From Felis catus (lineage: Eukaryota): a stretch of 64,000 nucleotides of DNA. Under the pieces are notes generated by a model. It was not told where the DNA came from, ran no database searches, and was given only the letters and a program-made list of their open reading frames with translations. The position numbers and the translations under genes are program-made. Numbering within the stretch: position 1 is the stretch's first letter; each line of letters opens with the position of its first letter. The stretch covers positions 102,550,001-102,614,000 of the forward strand of contig NC_058373.1 of the NCBI RefSeq assembly GCF_018350175.1, written 5' to 3'. Of the stretch, positions 46,786-60,861 are shown one piece after another.

Positions 46786-49700
46786 TTCCTATACACACAT
46801 TTTTGAGATGACAGGAGATGTGCCTCGCAACATGAGGGGGTAAGTGAAGAGAGAAGGAAATGGCATAGGGAACCCAGGAGAGAGAACGTGGAACCCTCAG
46901 CATGGGCATGACGGGAAATCCCAGTTTGTGGCCCACTGCAATCTGTGCTGCTGGCCCCGGCGTGGAGGGCAACGGGTTTGGATTGGGAACAGATCATAAG
47001 ACTCCAGGAGAGATGAAAAGGCAATCAATCCGAAACCTGATATGTCACATGTGGAGGGGAGATTCAGAGACTCAAACAGAATTTTCGGCTGAAAATCAAG
47101 CAAATGAGGAGAGAGAGATAATAAGGAAAAGTTTTGATATGCCAAACGGCTCAACTACGAATGGCCTTTATGTTGTGACTATGATGTAAATACGGAAGTT
47201 GATCTAACCAAAATTACAGTAGGAGCTTCTTGAGGGAGTGGCAGGCAACAAGGTAGGGGTGAAAGACAGCTGAACTCTTATTTCCCACAGGGCGAGCTGA
47301 AGGAGCATTCTTACAGTTGAAGGAACAAATGAAGCATGTTCTTGGTAATTCCTACACAGCCTCACAGTCTGGCTTGAGTGATAAGTCCATGCGCCCCTTT
47401 TCCTGACCACCCTCCGTGGCTCGCCTTTAGGCAATCTCGTGCATACCTCTATTAGGGCACCATCATAATTTTTTATTTACTTTTCTGTATGCCCATGAGA
47501 TCGTGAGCATCGTGGGGGAAGGGCAGTATTTTATAAGCCCTTGGTCTGAAGTGTTGAATTAATGTACAAACACTACAGAACATCGCAAAAACAGAATTTA
47601 CCAAGGTAAGGGGAATTTAAAGAGTCTGTTTAAGAACCACAGTATATTAAAATTCAAGTCAAATCATAATGATTCTAAGACATTTACTCATTTTACTCCT
47701 GAAGCTCCAAAATACTCCATTTTCCAGGGTAGTCAACTGTCGTCATGCACATATCTCCACTTAACTCTTCAGGCTACTGTGAATGTCTCTTAATGAGATT
47801 AAGTGCTTGGGCCTTTGATGGGAACTTTTATTTAATTTTTCTCATTCGTTAATGGAAAGGTTTTAACATTCACATTTCTATTACCTCCTGCTGGGATAAT
47901 TTCATAAGCCCTAGTTATCTCATTAGGAGTAAGAAACCACTATTTCCAGGAAACGTTATGGGATATTACATTGTGGTTAACAGTGCAGGTGTGTATTATT
48001 TTTAAAACTCAGTATCAAACAAGTTAATTGAAAAAATGTATTCTTTTTGCTGGAGGTAGAGAGAAATGGAAAAGGGAAGTTAGAGGGTGATTAATAAAAA
48101 TAATATTCCTTTTGCAGAACAATTTCCTGTACATTATAAGCTCCCTGAATGTTTTTAAAACACAATTCAGTTTGCCACAATTTGGCTTAAACACAGATTT
48201 TTTTTTTTCTAGGAGCACATCTATAACGTAAACACGTCCATCTGTTTTCCTAAAACTACAATATTGGAGCTGTATGCTCCAAATGACAAAGGGATCGAGG
48301 AGGCACCTTTGACCATTACACGCAATGACCCAACTGGAAAATTCTCATTGCCTATCTTCAAAGCTCAGTGATTTGCCTCATGCCCACGGGGAGGAATGCT
48401 TCTACCAGCAGACACAACAATGGCTCTAATGGATTGGAAGGTGAGGTTTCCACATGCCACTGAGCAAACAGACCAAAAAAAAAAAGATCGTTTATAACAT
48501 TTATGGGATGATTGTGCCCGCCTCCTGAAGAGAAATGAATTGCTGTGGAAAACAAGGACATGAGCCCCCCAGCTTTCTCTGAAGGAAAAACTTGCCACCG
48601 TGCTAGGAGCAATATAGTTAGCAGACAGCTTCCAACTATCAGGTCCTCCCAACTATCAGCAGAGAGCCAGCTCGCCTGTGGCCACATCGTTCCTGGAATA
48701 GCCGGTGACAGAGCTGTGTGGCAATGCTCTTTCCAGAGCTCCCCACCAGGCTGGCATTAGATTTGTGCTGCAGTGTGATTCTTGGGCTCAATTCTGCTTC
48801 TGCTCTCTTAGCATCACGGGTGTTGATCCCCTAACAAACACCTTGCACCCCAGGCTCTACCTCAGTATCTGCTTCCAGATAATCCAATCGGCACACCTGG
48901 CTCACGGTGAAGGGGAGAAGGGCTACCCGTGGGGCTCAGGGGAACCAGCGGGCTTCCTCTGTGCTGCCACTGCCACTGCCCGTGGTACCAGTCAGTGCAA
49001 CGCTAGAGTAACTCGACAGAAACTGGACGGTTAAAAGGCTTGGATCCTGCAGAAATTAAGGTCTGGTTCACTTCATCACAAAAAAAAAAAAAAAGAAAGA
49101 AAGAAAGAAAAGAAAAGAAAAGAAAAAAGCCAGCTGAGATGCTGGTAGAAAGCCAAGGGAACACAAGAAATAAATCAAAAATACCAACTATGGTATTTAT
49201 ACAACATTGCAGAAGTAAGAACAATTTTAGGAACACGTGTTTTCTCCTCTGCTATGTCATGGATATGTTTATGTACTTCAATTTCCCTTTCTTCTCCACT
49301 TTCCCCTTACAGGTACATATAGGGCAAATGGGAGGCAGTTAACTTTAAATTTTAGTTTGCATGCTATAGGCTATTAATAAGGGCTGTGATGGAACAAAAG
49401 AGAAATAGATATCTCCCAGACTTAAAACTGGACCTGGAAATGGTTTAGGCTCTGAGACTTTAAAGAAGGAGTGAATATATTTTTGTTTCCATAAGGACAC
49501 TTTAATTTTGTTAGGTAAGAACACTTTGGGGACTACAGGTATGTGGAAAAAAGGTGTATGTTGATATTGGGCAGTGAAGGAGTGGAATGTAAAGAAGAAA
49601 ACTAATTCCTTTCATATCTAACATTTACTGAGCACTTGAATGAACTCACTTAATGAATTAAATCATTTAATCTTCACGACAGCACTGAGAGTGGTACTAT

Positions 49701-49803
49701 TATTATCTCCATTTACAAATGAAACTGAGGCTCCTAGAGCTTAATTAACTTGGCCACAGTTGCACAGCATTTGCTCCCAGGTGTTCTGTATATCCTTCAC
49801 ATG

Positions 49804-49804
<1 letters not shown>

Positions 49805-49841
<37 letters not shown>

Positions 49842-50016
49842 TGAAAGAGAGCACATGAGCACGGGTGACGGGCAGAGGAATAGAGAGAGAGAATCCCAAG
49901 GAGGTTCCACACTCAGCACGAAGCCAATGCAGGGCTTGATCCCACGACCCTGAGATCATGAGCCGAGCAGAAATTGAGAGTACAATGCTCAATTGACTGA
50001 GCCACCCAGGCACACC
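49805..50016 (-). mobile_element. Can-SINE with long poly(T), followed by a second T-rich tract
   Basis: Degenerate head at ~50016, long T run at 49805-49840. Confidence 0.85.
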
Positions 50017-50289
50017 TGAATGTTCTTTCTTTCTTTCTTTCTCTCTCTCTCTCTTTTTTTTTTTTTTTTTTTTTTTTGGCATGTTCTTAATCCAAGTGTT
50101 ATTCTTATTTTACTGTAGAGGAGACGTATCATTCTTTCAGGTTGCTTGGGGAATTCTCTTCCACATGACTCTGGGTAGAAGACAGAGCCCACTTGCCTCT
50201 ACAAAGTTAAAAGTACAGATACTTACCTCCCATTTTCTCTTGCACCTCAGGTATGGACATGTTATTGATGCCACTTTGAAAATAAACTT

Positions 50290-50714
50290 TTAACCTTGAA
50301 AATAAAACAGTTTATTTTACTAGCAAAAATGGGTTTATCCAAGAATAGCAGAGAATTGCCACCGGAGATAAGCAAGCTGGGAAAGCCCATACAACAATAG
50401 AGAAAAAAGCTCTTTTATACAGGAGAGGCAGGTAGTTGGGAAGGCTGGTACAAACAAAAAATCTATTGGGGTAAACTAGAGTTCTAAGTATAGTGGCTTC
50501 TCATTGGCTGAGCTGTGACTGTCTCTCATTGGCGGGGCTGTTGCCAGGGTGAGGAAGAAACCTTCCTTCCTCCCGCTGGGATAGTAGAGTAGCACTCACA
50601 TAGAAGTGCATCTCTTCGTGTTTGATTTGTAATGGACCAGTGCTGAGAGTGAGAGCGCCCCCCGCCGGCCTCCCAAATCCATTCTAACTGGGGTTTCCTT
50701 TTATTAATTTTCAC
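50290..50714 (-). mobile_element. ERV LTR-like fragment (carnivore)
   Basis: Minus strand begins TGTGAAAATTAATAAAAGGAAACC and contains CCAAT boxes and TATAAAA. Family not verified. Confidence 0.5.
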
Positions 50715-52186
50715 AAGGCTTACCAATCAGATGCACTCTCTGGTGGTTATCACAGTCAGATCAAGTTCCAGGAGAACCAGGGGTAGCAGTGCCAGTGGTG
50801 GCTTTCAGTGTCCAGTGCCAGGAATGTTGGGGTCATAAGCTACAGTTTCTGGTGCTTGGCTGCTGCAGTGGGCCTGTCGTCACCAGACCAGACTTGCATT
50901 CTTCTGGATGTTCTTAGCTATGAAGCTGTTAACATTGTTAACACTGCAGCCTTCTCAGGAATTCTGTAAGACACCCAACATTCTGATTTGTAGCAACAGC
51001 CCTCATGGTTGTTTAGCCTTATTTCTAAAATCAAATACTAGCTTATACATAAAAGAGCTCATGGCTCTTTTTCTGTACCCAGCACTGTTCTAAGTACATT
51101 ACATACATGGGCCAAATGAAGTCTTAGAAAACCCTAGGACTTAAATCAGACTATTGTTCCCATGTTACAATGAGGAGACTCACGTACAGAGAACTTAAAT
51201 AACTTATCCTAGGTCACAGAGAGGTGTGATTCAAGCCCACATAGTCTGTCATCAGAGTCTATACTCACTACCAGTCATTTTACATGGGCCCCTTTATTTA
51301 TGAAGCCTTTGTTTTGATTCTGCCCTCTCTTGGATGACTGAATTTTGTCATCAACATTTTTTTTTTCTTTCTCAAGAAGAGCATGTAGGTGTTGTTTTGT
51401 TTAAGTTCTCTCATGCTGGAGAGTGTCTATCTTTTGCCTTTGTATGAAGAACAAATGTGCTGAATACAAATTTCTAGGTCACATTTTGCTGCAGAACCCT
51501 CTAGGCATTGTTCTACTGTCTTCTGAAGTAGATGATTTTGTGGTGGTGTCTGAGGCCCACCATATTTTTCTCTCTTGTGTGTAACTTTTTCTTTTTTGCT
51601 TTGTATATAACTTTTGCTTTTCTCTGTTGAGATTGGTCCTTTTCCTTTCATTAGGATATATTTTGGTTTGGGCATCCTAGGTCATGTTATGGCTTTTTGT
51701 CCGAAGATTCAAACCTTTATTTTGGAATAATTTTCTCCTGTCACTTTTTGGGGAAAAAATTAAAAACTCATTTGGTTTTATTCTTCAGGAATATCAATTG
51801 TGTCTGTTAGATCTCCTTTGACTTCAGTGTCTATTATTTCCAATATATTTTGTATCATTGCCCCTTCCCATATCTTTCTGGGGTTTTGAAAAAGTCTGTC
51901 AATTATGTCCTTTACTGTGTTTTTGATTGTGTTATTTCCATTTTCATTTCTCATGTAGTGTTTTTAGTCGTGGTTTTCTATATCTATTCCAGTGTTTTCC
52001 CCCGGGCTCTGCTCCCTTCAAGGCTGTCTGACTTGCCTTTTACCTTTATTGTTTTTTGAACTGTTCCTATTATCTTGGATAATTCCTCTTACATCTATAT
52101 TCTTTATCTGTAGGTTGATTACATTCTTTTATTCTTTTTTACTTTCTTCCTACAGTATATATGCATAAAGCCTGGATGGTTTATTT

Positions 52187-52386
52187 CTTTTTTAAAAATA
52201 TTTTTAATGTTTATTTATTTTTGAGAGAGAGTGAGTAGAGGAGGGGCAGTGAGAGGGGACAGAGGATCTGAAGCAGGCTCTATGCTGACAACAGAGAGCC
52301 TGATGTGGGGCTCAAACTCACAAACAGTGAGAACATGACCTGAGCCGAAGTCGGATGCTTAACCAACTGAGCCACCCAGGGGCCCC
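52187..52386 (-). mobile_element. Can-SINE
   Basis: TSD TGGATGGTTTATTTCT. Confidence 0.93.
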
Positions 52387-52939
52387 TGGATGGTTTATTT
52401 CTGATACCAACAGGGAGAAGCTAGTTGAGGTATGAAGTGAACAGTGAAGTTGGGCAGTCTTCAGCTTCCTATAACGATGACTTCCTCTTTCCTAAGCATT
52501 CATATGCTCTTCATATTTGGCATTCAGGAGGGTAGTATGGTATATAGTAAGTGCCTTAAACCACCTCTGGAAAATCTCTTAAACTCTCTCTCAGCTACTA
52601 GACAAGATTATAAATAATACAAATTATTGCTATCAGGGTTTCTCCTTCAGCTATCCCTCCTCAGGGATAGCTTTTCAGTGCAGAATTGGTGTCTCCCTAA
52701 GGGCACTTACTGCTTCTCCCATGGGTTCCTCATATCCCTCCATCTTGGTGCTTTAATTAAAGACTCTTTGAAACTATCATTTATTCTCAGAAGTACATAT
52801 ATGTTGCCTGAGGTGCAAGGCTGTCAGTGTTCACCATCATTTCTGTTCAAATTTGAAAGGGGTTGGCAAGTATTTTTCATGATGCCTGTTTGGAATTGTA
52901 CTATTTCCCTGTTTAAAGGTGACATTAGGAATCCAGGAA

Positions 52940-53377
52940 TGCTTTACCTGGGAGGTTTTAGATCAGAGTGTCCCATGAGGTTGCAATCATCTCAAGGCTG
53001 GAGTGGGGCTGGAGAATCCCATCCCAAACTCACTGTCATGATTGCTGGCAGGTCTCAGTTCTTTGCTGACTATTCACTGGAGGCTTCAGTTTCCTCCCAC
53101 ATGAGTCTCTCCATAAGGCTGCTAGCACATGGCAGAATGCTCCTCACAGAGAATGAGATGTGAGAAAAAGAGAAAGAAAGAGAGCGAGAACAAGAGAGCA
53201 TCCAAAATGGAAACCACGTTCTTTCACAATTTAATTTCAGAAATGATGTACTATCACTTCTCCTATATTTGGTTGGTCATGTAGATAAATTCTGGTATAG
53301 TGTGGGAAGGGACTACACAGGGTGTGAATACCAGAAGGGAGGGATCATAAGGGTTATCTTGGAAGTTGGCTACCACA
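52940..53377 (-). mobile_element. MLT1-type LTR fragment
   Basis: ggctggagaatcc...tctccataaggctg...gtgtgaataccag...ggctaccaca. Confidence 0.7.
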
Positions 53378-53439
53378 AGTATATATATGTGTGTGACTAT
53401 GTATATGCATTCATATGTATGTATGTATGTATATAATAT

Positions 53440-54780
53440 ATATTACACACATGCATAAATTAACCAGAAGGATGTTTATATCAACTCTAAATTTATATGC
53501 ACTTAATAACACAGCTTTGCAATATATAAGTCAAAAATTAATAGAACTACAAAAAGAAATAGATAAATCCCCTATTATAGCAGGAGATTTTAGCTCACTT
53601 ACCCAGTAATAAATAGACACAGTAGATGAAAATATCTCTAAAGATAAGTTTTGAATAAGACAATTAACAAGATCAATCTAATGGACATATATAAAACCCC
53701 ATAAAACAGTTGGAGAATGCACATTCTTTTCATGCCACACAGAACCTTATGAAATTTGACTACTTAATAGTCCACAATTCAAGTAGTAATACATCTTAAA
53801 GAATTGGAACCACAATTTTTGACCACAATGCAATTAAAATTCAGATCACTTTGTAAAAATATGACCCTGAAAATCCTATATGCTAGCAAATTTTAAATGT
53901 ACTTCTAAATAATTCACAGGTCAAAGAGGAAATCATAATGGGAAATTGAAAAAAATGTAGAAGTGAAAAATAAAAACAAATGCTACATATAACAATTTTG
54001 GAGACTCGGGTACAGCAATGAATAGAGGGAAATTTTATAGTTTTAAATTGATAATTTAAAAAAGCCAAAAGACCAAAAACTAATAAATTAAGAAGCTATT
54101 TGAAAAGTTATAAAAGTAATGATAGAATAAACCCAGTAATAGTAGAGGTATGGAAGTAATCAGGAATAGAGTAGAAATTAATGAAATAGAAAGCTAAGTT
54201 TAAAAAGGATTAAGAAGTGCAAAATTTTGAAATAACTAATAAAATTAATATACCTCTGGAAAATTAGTTTAAAAAAAGAGAAAGGGACACCTGGGTGGCT
54301 CAGTCAGTTAAATATCTGACTCTTGGTTTCGGCTCAGGTCATGATCTCATGGTTCATGAGTTCAAGCACTGCATCAGGCTCTGTGGGATTCTCTCTCTCC
54401 CTCTCTCTCTGCCCTTTCCTCACTTTCTCTCTCTCAAAATAAATAAACTTTAAAAGAGCAAGAGAGTACACAAAACACCATATTGGGAATAATAAATGGG
54501 ATACAACCCAAGGAAATATAGTGATTAGAAGGAAATTCAGGAAAAACACTTCATGACAAATTTTAAAACAAATAAAAACAAATGCCTACAAAAAATGAAT
54601 TTACCAAAGTTAACTAAAAACAGCAACAACCAACAAACAAAAAAACCCATGAGGATTCCTTGAAACATATGGATTTTTTTATTTTAAATGAAATTCTCAA
54701 AAAGAAAACAACAGGTTCAGATAATATTGAGGACAACCTCTAATAAACATTAAGTGCAAACTCTTCTAGAGAACTGAATG
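53440..54780 (+). mobile_element. Ancient L1M ORF2 (endonuclease-region) fragment
   Basis: ORF remnant QKLIELQKEIDKSPIIAGDFS, and gaccacaatgcaattaaa (SDHN-like). Heavily decayed. Confidence 0.75.
54284..54455 (+). mobile_element. Can-SINE (internally deleted) within old L1
   Basis: Head gggacacctgggtggctcag, (CT)n, tail. Confidence 0.85.
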
Positions 54781-55051
54781 AACAGAAACACTTATTAATT
54801 CTGTGGGACTTACTAAATGATTAATTTCAGAAGCTTGTGGTAGGTAGCAGAATATATCAGCAAAGTATTTTGTGATCTCATCCATTAAATATTTATATAA
54901 ACAAATGTAGCCAATTTAAGGTAACTGTTGAGTTTATGGTGAGCTCTGTCTAGGTCCGCTGACATAACTGAACTAACCCCAGGTGATAAAAGTTCAATAG
55001 AACTCTGTTTTAAATTCTCTTTTTCATCTTTGCTAATAAAAGTGGCCATCT

Positions 55052-55267
55052 GGAGCTCCTGGGTGACTCAGTCCATTAAATGTGTGACTATTGGTTTCAG
55101 CTCAGGTCATGATCCCACAGTCATGAGACTGAGCCCTGCATCAGGCTCTACGTGGAGCCTGCTTGGGATTCTTTCTCCCTCTTTCTCTGCCCCGCCCCCT
55201 CTCATGTACAGGTGTACGTGATCTCTCTCTCTAAAATAAACATTTTAAAAAAAACACTTAAAAAAAA
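55052..55267 (+). mobile_element. Older Can-SINE
   Basis: Degenerate TSD AAAAGTGGCCATC / AAAAGGTCGCCATC. Confidence 0.85.
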
Positions 55268-56006
55268 GGTCGCCATCCCTTGTGCTACATTTGGAATTTT
55301 CCATTAGTCTTCTGAGAGTATGTTCTTGCATCAGCCATAGCAAGGTTTGGTGTCAGCATCCCTAGGAATTACAGATGGGGAGAAATTCTTGTATTTTCCC
55401 TTATCAGTACAAATTTGCCCCAATTGTTTCATTTAAACAATCTTACGTCTATGACTGAGTTGGTATAACCCCTCCTCTCTGAATTCAAGAGAATTGAAAT
55501 CTGAAATGCAATCTTTATGACAGAATTTAAGAGTAATATATTTAATTGAAATAAACTGTAAACTCAGCCCTCTTTTTCTCTCTGTTCTGCTTGCTGTTCA
55601 AGTTTAGATGTGAAAATCTGCCTGTTAGTTTTTGATGCCTGAAAAGTCATTTCACTAATCTCACTGTGACCTCTGATGCACTTGCTGACGTTCCAGGAGC
55701 TGTCCTTTTCTTTCATGATCAGGTAAATGATCTCTACCCCAGATGTCTATGAATCACAATTGCAGAATTCTTGCTGATTTGCCTATTTTCTCCCTTTTCT
55801 GAGTTTATCTTTTTACTTCCAATGGAGGCATCACTTCCAGCCCTTTCTGGAGGCCCTTTGTTTCCAACAGACCATGGAATCTTTCCTGCACATACTCAGA
55901 TTGGAACTACAGCACCATCACGGGCCCAGGGCAAGTTACTCAATGTCTTTTGCTCATATTTCTCATCAGTTAACTGGGAACAATGATTCCTATAGTTCAG
56001 GGTAGT

Positions 56007-56374
56007 TGTTGTGGACTGAATGTTTTCATCCCCGTCAAATTCCTATGTTGAAACCCTACCCCGTAATGTGATGGTATTAGGAAATGAGGCCTGTAGGAGG
56101 TTGCTAGATGAGGTCATCTAACAGAGGATTAGTGCCCTCAGAAGAGTCATGGGAGAGCTTGCTTTCTGTCTCTGCTCTCTGCCATGTGAGGGTACAACTA
56201 GAAGTCAGCAGTCTGCAACCCACGAGGGGGGTCACCAGAACTTGACCTTGTGCATAGCCCTCTCATCTCAGACTTGTAGCCTCCACAACTGTGAGAACGA
56301 AATTTCTGTTGCTTATAAGCTATCCAGTCTATGGTATTTCTGTTAAAAGGGCCAGACTGGACTAAAACTAAGAC
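56007..56374 (+). mobile_element. MaLR LTR (MLT1A/MST-like)
   Basis: tgttgtggactgaatg...aatgtgatggtattag...cagtctatggtattt...actaagaca. Confidence 0.78.
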
Positions 56375-56381
56375 AGTAGTA

Positions 56382-56843
56382 CAGACGTTCCTGGGAGATG
56401 TTCCAGGTTCAGTTCCAGACCACCACAGATAAAGTAAATGTAGCAATAAAGAGACTCAAATGAATGTTTTGGTTTCCCAGCGCATATAAACACTGTTTAC
56501 ATTATACTGTAGTCTATTAAGTGTGCAACGGGATGTCAAGAAAGACAACGTATATACCTAAATTAAAAAATACTTCATTGCTAAAGAAAAAAAACGCTAA
56601 TCATTATCTGAGCTTTCAGTGAGTCGGAATCACTGGTTGCAGATCACCATAACAAATGTAAGAGTGAAAAAGTTTGAAATACTATGCGAATTACCAAAGA
56701 GTTAAACAGAGACACAAAGTGAGCACACGCATTTGGATAAATGACGCTGATAACTTACTCGGTGCAGAGTTGCAACAAATCTTCCAAAATGCAGTATCTG
56801 TGAAGTGTGAAACAGCGAAGCACAAGAAAACAAGGTGTGCCTG
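56382..56843 (-). mobile_element. Tigger1-derived non-autonomous DNA transposon (TcMar-Tigger)
   Basis: TA target duplications. Degenerate CAGGCATACCT-type TIRs (cagacgttcct ... aggtgtgcctg). Internal ggttcagttccagaccacc resembles the Tigger1 end. Confidence 0.85.
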
Positions 56844-57748
56844 TAATGAGGTTAGAGCGGAATTACGTGCTTAGCGTGGCTCGTAGAACTCAGTAAACAC
56901 TCAATGCATGTCAATCATTATTCTGATCATTATGCCCATCCCCAAAGCCAATTTTCTGTGAATTTTAGGGATAGAGATTTTTTATTCTAATTTCTATGAA
57001 TTACCTATTGACCTTATGCATTTAGTGGCAGGGTACGTTTTTAGATTTTGGCACACGAATGCCATCTGAGATCTCTAGGAGAATAAATATAATGGCGATG
57101 ACTTGTGTCTCTAATTGCCTTTAATGAATGCATAACCTCGCTGTGGATGAGTATTAAGCTCTTGTGAGATGTATTAGCTATTGGTACGGCAAAGCCTCTG
57201 GCTTTAAGGACCCTCAGCAGTGAGTTGATATTTAAAATCTTACAATTCATAATGCTACATGAGACCATTTTCTCTGTGATTATTTTATAGACATGCATAA
57301 GGCAGTCTTTCTTACACTTTACGCCTCCTTGGGCCCCTTATCAGTGTTTGGCACGCTTGTTGACTGAACATTTCAGGTGAAAAATTTTTAAGGACTGCTT
57401 GCTAATAAAAAATAATATTCAAAATGTATGGTGATCTTTTCATATGTGTGAGAGGGTTTCTGTTGTACACAATTTTTGTCAAGCCAGCATGACAATGGAT
57501 AACTTGAGTTCTTGGTCACATTGGTTTCTTCTCTACTTCTACTCAATTAGAAAACCCAAACTCACAACCATAGGTGGCCGAGAATAGCAGTGGGTGTTGG
57601 TTTTTATTTCAGATAATCCTAGCTATTATCTGGATTGACGTGGACCCCCTGCTCTCAAACAACAGCATCTCCATCCCACAGCCATTTGCGGTAATCTTTG
57701 CCCCTGCTCTCCTCAGGAGGCGAGCTCTGTTCTAACCTCTGTCCCCTC

Positions 57749-58374
57749 TGTATTAGTTTTCTCTTGCTGTGTAACAAATTACCACAAACTGCAGCTTAAA
57801 ACAACGCACATTTATTATCTCCCAGTTTCCTTGTGTCAATAGTCCTGAGCATTTCAGCTGGGGCCTCTGCTCTGAGTCTCGCAGGGCTGAAATCAAGGTG
57901 GGGCCAGCTATATCCTCTCTGGTTTGACCAGAGAAAGATCCATTTCCCATCTCCCAATTCTGGGATGGTGGCAGAATTTATTTCATTCTGGTTGCGGGAC
58001 TGACATCCCCCTGTCTTACCAGCTATTGTCTAGGGACCACTCTTAGCTCCTAGATGCCACCCTCAGGTCCTTGTAATGTGTCCCCACCACCTCAGCAATG
58101 GAGAACCTCCCCTTCGTGGAACTGCGCTCACACTTCCGATCTCTCTGACAAGCTCTGTTGCTGTCAGCCAGAGAAAAATCTCTGCTTTTAAAGGGATTAT
58201 GTGATTAGGTCAGGCCCACCTGGATAATAGCTCTATCTTCAGGTCAATTGATTAGTGAGCTTAATCAAATCCCTTTGCCGTGTAACAAATGGTGTTATGT
58301 TTCCACGTAACATCACCACGGGAGCAATCCCAGAGGCAGAGATCATAGGAGGCATCTTGAAATTCTGCCTACCA
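57749..58374 (-). mobile_element. MLT1-type LTR
   Basis: tgtattagttttct...aaattaccacaaact...ggcccacctggataat...ttctgcctaccata. Confidence 0.78.
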
Positions 58375-58744
58375 TACTAAATCTGGGATGGCCTATGACT
58401 TGGTTTAGACAGAAGAATGTGATCCTAGGCCTAACGAAGCCTTTTAGTTTCCACGTCTATCCCTTTGAAATGCTCCTTCTTAAACTGGCCATGTGGAGAA
58501 CCCAGGTGTCCCAGGGCCAGCCCCAGCTGATGATTGTTGTTTTGCGCCTTTAGGTTTTGGAGTGGTCTGTCATGTAGAAATAGAAAACTATTTTTAGGAC
58601 TGCCTCAGATGCTAACACTGTAGCATTTCACATGCAAAAAAAAATGAAATTTGAATGTATTGGATTAAGAGAGAGAGTAAATGGATTCTTTGTTCATTCT
58701 TTGGTCACAGTAGGATCTGAAAGTGATGGTTTCACTGTTGCAAC

Positions 58745-58956
58745 TTTTTCAATTTAAAAAAAGTTTATGTATTTTTGAGTGAGAGAGAGTGTGAGCGGGG
58801 GAGGAGCAGAGAGAGAGGGAGACACAGAACCTGAAGCAGGCTCCAGGCTCTGAGCTGTCATCACAGAGCCTGACAAGGGGCTTGAACTTGTGAACCACGA
58901 GATCATGACCTGAGGCGAAGCCAGATGCTTAACTGACTGAGCCACCCAGGTGTCCC
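58745..58956 (-). mobile_element. Can-SINE
   Basis: TSD TGTTGCARCTTTT. Confidence 0.92.
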
Positions 58957-59782
58957 TGTTGCAGCTTTTGAATATGAGTTACAGTATGCCAAATAATACA
59001 TCGTTGATTTATCTCCTAAAGGTCTGAAGAATCATCGAGAGTTAGTGAACATTTAAGGCTTTAGCAGGTGAGCCAATTGTATATAATTCAGTCTTCTAAA
59101 AGAAATCCTGCTATTTTATTCTCAACATTGAAAATCTGGCTACTTGACTTAACACCTGAAGTTAGTTAGGGTCATTATCAGACATACGTTTTGCTGCTCC
59201 TGAGATTTCCTTAGATGTCACATCGGAACCCTCAGTTACTTATTTTACCTTAGCCACAGCCAAAGCCACCCAACTTCATTGTGGCCCACTTGGTTCTGCT
59301 TCTTGGGTCGGACTAGCCTCTCACTGAAAGTTGAGTCACTCTCCGTGCTGCTATCCTGCCTCCAGACCAACCCCGCCTTGTGCCTGGGAATCCTGGTTCA
59401 TCCTGTCATTTCCAGACCTGGACAAATGCTGTACAGCTGGGCATGGGGTCTACCTTCCCAGAGGTCACCCAGGGAGCTTGTATTAGTCAGAGCTCTCCAG
59501 AGAAATGGAAAAGTAGGGTGTGTGCGTGCGTGCACGTGTGTGATTGCTGAAACAAACTGATAGAAGTAGTCCTTGTAACGTATTTACAATTTTAAGAATA
59601 CAATGATTATTATGCATGAAACAAGATTCACGACAAAGCTATATTTAATTAATTAATATGTCTCACATTTTAAGTGTATGTGGAAGTTTGTTAGGATTTG
59701 TTGAGGCTTTAAGGTATGATAAGTTTCAGATACCAAAAATTCTGAGACCACCATGCAGACACTTTAAAGTTTGTGTTCAAGA

Positions 59783-59940
59783 GCCAATAGAACCTTCTAT
59801 AATGATGAAAATGTTCTGTCTGTGCTTTCCACTGTGGTGGCCACTAGTCACATGTCGCTATTGAGAACATGACATATGGCTAGTGTGACAGAATTTTTAA
59901 TTTTATTTAGTTTGATTAATTTATACTGAAATAGTGGAGC
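59783..59940. mobile_element. MER3-like hAT-Charlie relic
   Basis: caatagaac...atgatgaaaatgttct...ggccactagtcacatgt...attgag. Confidence 0.65.
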
Positions 59941-60631
59941 CTAGCACAGGGTTAAATGGCTCTTCAACACTTCACCCACACAGAGTATAGACAGGTTGAG
60001 AAAGAGTTATGATGGGCATTCCCCAACTGCTACCAAAGAGCGGAGCTAGTGGGTGGATGCCTCTCAACTCAAGGCTAGTGAGACAAACTGTGTTCCAGAA
60101 ATCTAAAGGATGACGGTGGAGCTGACTCGTTGTGAATAAAAGTTTAATGGAGCCAAGACTGACTGCATGTTTCCCAAGACATAGATGTGAAAAAAGAGAA
60201 AGAGATATGGGTACCTATCTCACACACTATCTGACAGAATATCCTCGAGGGGTGACAAGGGCCTTGCAGAGATTGCCAGAGAAATCCCCAGGTTTCTGGG
60301 GGCTGTAGAAGGAGTAAGGAGCCTCACAGATGTAAGACATGATTTCTCAGGTGAAGAAAGTTGCATGTAAAAGAGTTCTGACTGGGAAAACTCTGAAGAA
60401 ACCACAAAAGTTACTCATGCTTCTCCTCCTTGTTTTCAGGATCCCAATATTGTTCAGGTATCTCATAGCCAGCAGCTTCAAGTCAAATTGGGCTCCTCCC
60501 CTGAAGGAAGAAGTGAATCTTGATTAGTATAGGCTGATTATGTAACCCCAACCTTTGTCAATGATTTGTCTATGAGTGAGACTTGGCTTAGTCTTAGCCA
60601 ATGAGATATAACACAGAAGTTCTGGGAAAGA

Positions 60632-60643
60632 TTTTTTTTTTTT

Positions 60644-60682
<39 letters not shown>

Positions 60683-60696
60683 AAGCAGGGGAGAGG

Positions 60697-60738
<42 letters not shown>

Positions 60739-60861
60739 CCTAAGCAGGCTCCACAGGCAGTGCAGAGCTGGAGGCGGGGCTTGATCTCAGGACCTTAGGA
60801 CCATGACCTGAGCCAAACTCAAGAGTGGGATGCTCAAGCTACTGAGCCACTCAGGCACCCC
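60632..60861 (-). mobile_element. Can-SINE with two expanded (GA)n blocks
   Basis: TSD AAGATTTTTTTT. Confidence 0.9.

Noticed and set aside
52649..52672. Hairpin AGCTATCCCT-cctc-AGGGATAGCT followed by TTT (terminator-like)
   Set aside because: Intrinsic terminators do not apply to mammalian intergenic DNA, and one 10-bp stem in 64 kb is plausible by chance.
52627..53163. 178-aa ORF
   Set aside because: Non-ATG start, no recognisable domain, and the 3' half lies in an MLT1 LTR.
3048..58945. Recurrent 60-80 aa ORFs beginning MAQSVKRPTSAQV, resembling a peptide family
   Set aside because: All are translations of Can-SINE copies from GTG starts. They are repeat artefacts, not genes.
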